64,000 nucleotides of DNA, taken from positions 169,551 to 233,550 of the forward strand of contig JAFYYX010000001.1 in assembly GCA_017548925.1 (NCBI GenBank). The letters run 5' to 3'. Shown piece after piece: positions 62,200 to 64,000 of the stretch (the stretch's first letter is position 1; every line of letters starts with the position of its first letter). A model generated the notes under the pieces. That model searched no databases, was not told the DNA's origin, and saw nothing but the letters and a program-made list of their open reading frames with translations. The DNA comes from Bacilli bacterium. GTDB lineage: Bacteria; Bacillota_I; Bacilli_A; RF39; UBA660. A program made the translations under genes and the position numbers.

Positions 62200-64000
62200 A
62201 TGAAAACAAAATTAAAACTTAAATTAAATACTTTTATTACATATGGATTTTTAATTTTATTAACAGAAATAATTTTTAAATTATTTGTATTTCATAGGGT
62301 AGGATTAGTATCTTTAATATATACAATGATATTTTCTTTACCTATAGTATTTTTTCTTACTATACTTACAAATATATTTAATCAAAAAGCAAGTAAGATA
62401 ATATATTATGTAACTTTAGTAATAATCACATTATTATATGAATTCCAATATGTATTCTATAAATTATTTTCAGTATTCTTTTCATTTCATACAATTGGTT
62501 TAGCAGGACAAGCAGCTGATTTTAAAAATATTATTGTTGATTCAATAAAAATGTATTATGCGGGAATCCTTTCAATATTACTTCCATTAATTATTGTTAT
62601 TGTTATAAAAAAATATGTTAAATTTTATGAATTTAGAAAGAAAAATTTAAGATCTATAATACTATTATTTGTTGCAGCAATAGGTATTTCATATTTATCA
62701 CTAATACCAGGCAAAAATAAATTATATTCTGCAAATAGTTTATATTTTAAAGTAAATGATCAAGAAAAAACTATTGATAAGTTTGGACTACTTACTGCAA
62801 TGCGTATTGATATCAAAAGAGTAGTATTTGGTTTTGAAGAAAAGCTAGTTAATAATGGTGGAGGTATTGTTGATGATAATGGCAAACCTAATCCAGAAAA
62901 ACCTATTACTTATAATAAAATAGATATTGATTTTGAATCTTTAAAATCATCTGCTGGAAATAATACTTTAAAGAATTTATATGATTATTTTGAAAATAGT
63001 AGTGCATCTAAACAAAATGATTATACAGGATACTTTAAAGGTAAAAACTTAATATTCATTCTTGCTGAAGGTTTTAATAGTATTGCTGTTTCTGAAGAAC
63101 TTACTCCAACACTATATAAAATGGTTAATTCATCATTTGTATTTAATAATTATTATTCACCAGTATTTTTATCAACAACTGGTGGTGAGTTCCAAGCAAC
63201 AACTGGTTTAATACCAACACAAGAAATATTAAAAGTATGGAAAAATAAACAACCAACAATTAGTTATGCTCTTGGTAATCAGTTTAATAAATTAGGTTAT
63301 GATGTTAATGCATTCCATAACTGGACTTATTCATACTATCAAAGAGATAAAACTATGCCTACACTAGGTTATAAAAAATACTTAGGATGTAGAAATGGAT
63401 TAGAAAAAGAAATGAAGTGTGGATGGCTTCCAAGTGATGTTGATATGATGGAAGTAACAGTTCCAAAATATTCTTCATCTGAACACTTTATGACATACTA
63501 TATTTCAGTTAGTGGACATGCACCATACAACTTTGGTGGTGGAAACTCAATAGCTAAAAAGAATAAATCATTAGTTGCAAACCTACCATATGATGATGCA
63601 ACTAAAGCATACATTGCAACTCAAATAGAGTTTGATAGAGCTATTGAAAAATTAATAAATAAACTTGAAGAAGCAGGAAAACTTGATGATACAGTAATTG
63701 TTATTACAGGTGATCATTATCCTTATACACTTACTTTAGATGAAGTAAATTCTGTTTCATCATTTAAACGTGATGATGTAGTTGAAATTAATAGAAGTAA
63801 TTTAATTATTTGGAATAATCAAATGACTGATAAAGTTGAAGTAAACAAAGTTGGATCTCAAATAGATGTTCTTCCAACAGTGCTTAATTTATTTGGTATT
63901 GATTATGATTCAAGATTAATTATTGGTAAAGATATCTTAAGTGATTACCCAGGTCTTGCAGTATTCGCAAACCGCAGCTGGGTATCAGATAAAGGTACAT
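62200..64000 (+). CDS. LTA synthase/sulfatase family protein (3' end outside window; not in ORF track)
   Basis: Read manually from ATG 62200: several TMs, then NLIFILAEG, STTGGEF (catalytic Thr), SGHAPY, GDHYPY, SQIDVLPT. Confidence 0.9.
   Translation, partial: MKTKLKLKLNTFITYGFLILLTEIIFKLFVFHRVGLVSLIYTMIFSLPIVFFLTILTNIFNQKASKIIYYVTLVIITLLYEFQYVFYKLFSVFFSFHTIGLAGQAADFKNIIVDSIKMYYAGILSILLPLIIVIVIKKYVKFYEFRKKNLRSIILLFVAAIGISYLSLIPGKNKLYSANSLYFKVNDQEKTIDKFGLLTAMRIDIKRVVFGFEEKLVNNGGGIVDDNGKPNPEKPITYNKIDIDFESLKSSAGNNTLKNLYDYFENSSASKQNDYTGYFKGKNLIFILAEGFNSIAVSEELTPTLYKMVNSSFVFNNYYSPVFLSTTGGEFQATTGLIPTQEILKVWKNKQPTISYALGNQFNKLGYDVNAFHNWTYSYYQRDKTMPTLGYKKYLGCRNGLEKEMKCGWLPSDVDMMEVTVPKYSSSEHFMTYYISVSGHAPYNFGGGNSIAKKNKSLVANLPYDDATKAYIATQIEFDRAIEKLINKLEEAGKLDDTVIVITGDHYPYTLTLDEVNSVSSFKRDDVVEINRSNLIIWNNQMTDKVEVNKVGSQIDVLPTVLNLFGIDYDSRLIIGKDILSDYPGLAVFANRSWVSDKGT

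Overview
Very AT-rich chromosomal window from a small-genome Bacillota. Gene order, T-box, tmRNA tag and proteome style suggest a Bacilli/RF39-like lineage close to Mollicutes (inference); the standard code 11 is used, with TGA as stop. Housekeeping content: the end of the spc/alpha operon (adk-map-infA-rpmJ-rpsM-rpsK-rpoA-rplQ), rubrerythrin, T-box-pheST, uvrA, lgt, cysS, uvrB, tmRNA, rrf2-sufCBD with a visible operator, a DUF1846 protein, tRNA-Cys, rlmB-sigH-secE-nusG, two ABC transporters, pcrA-nucleotidyltransferase-ligA, a degenerate GGDEF sensor operon and a partial LTA-synthase-family gene. I saw no integrase, transposase, prophage or CRISPR array. The most unusual signals are: (i) about eight dispersed orphan genes, mostly separately promoted, with short Arg/Lys-rich C-terminal tails (two neighbours both end in -ARN using different codons), which may be substrates of a C-terminal-signal export or targeting system; (ii) a secreted protein with an internal sortase-like signal followed by a second signal peptide (possible polyprotein); (iii) a coiled-coil operon with mTERF-like helical repeats and a look-alike coiled-coil gene 47 kb away; (iv) an SH3b-repeat surface protein coupled to a small membrane protein with polar residues in its helices; (v) candidate cis-RNAs (nusG leader hairpin, a stand-alone sRNA or micro-ORF, a T-box lacking an obvious terminator). 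All family calls come from motif recognition by eye; no database search was run.
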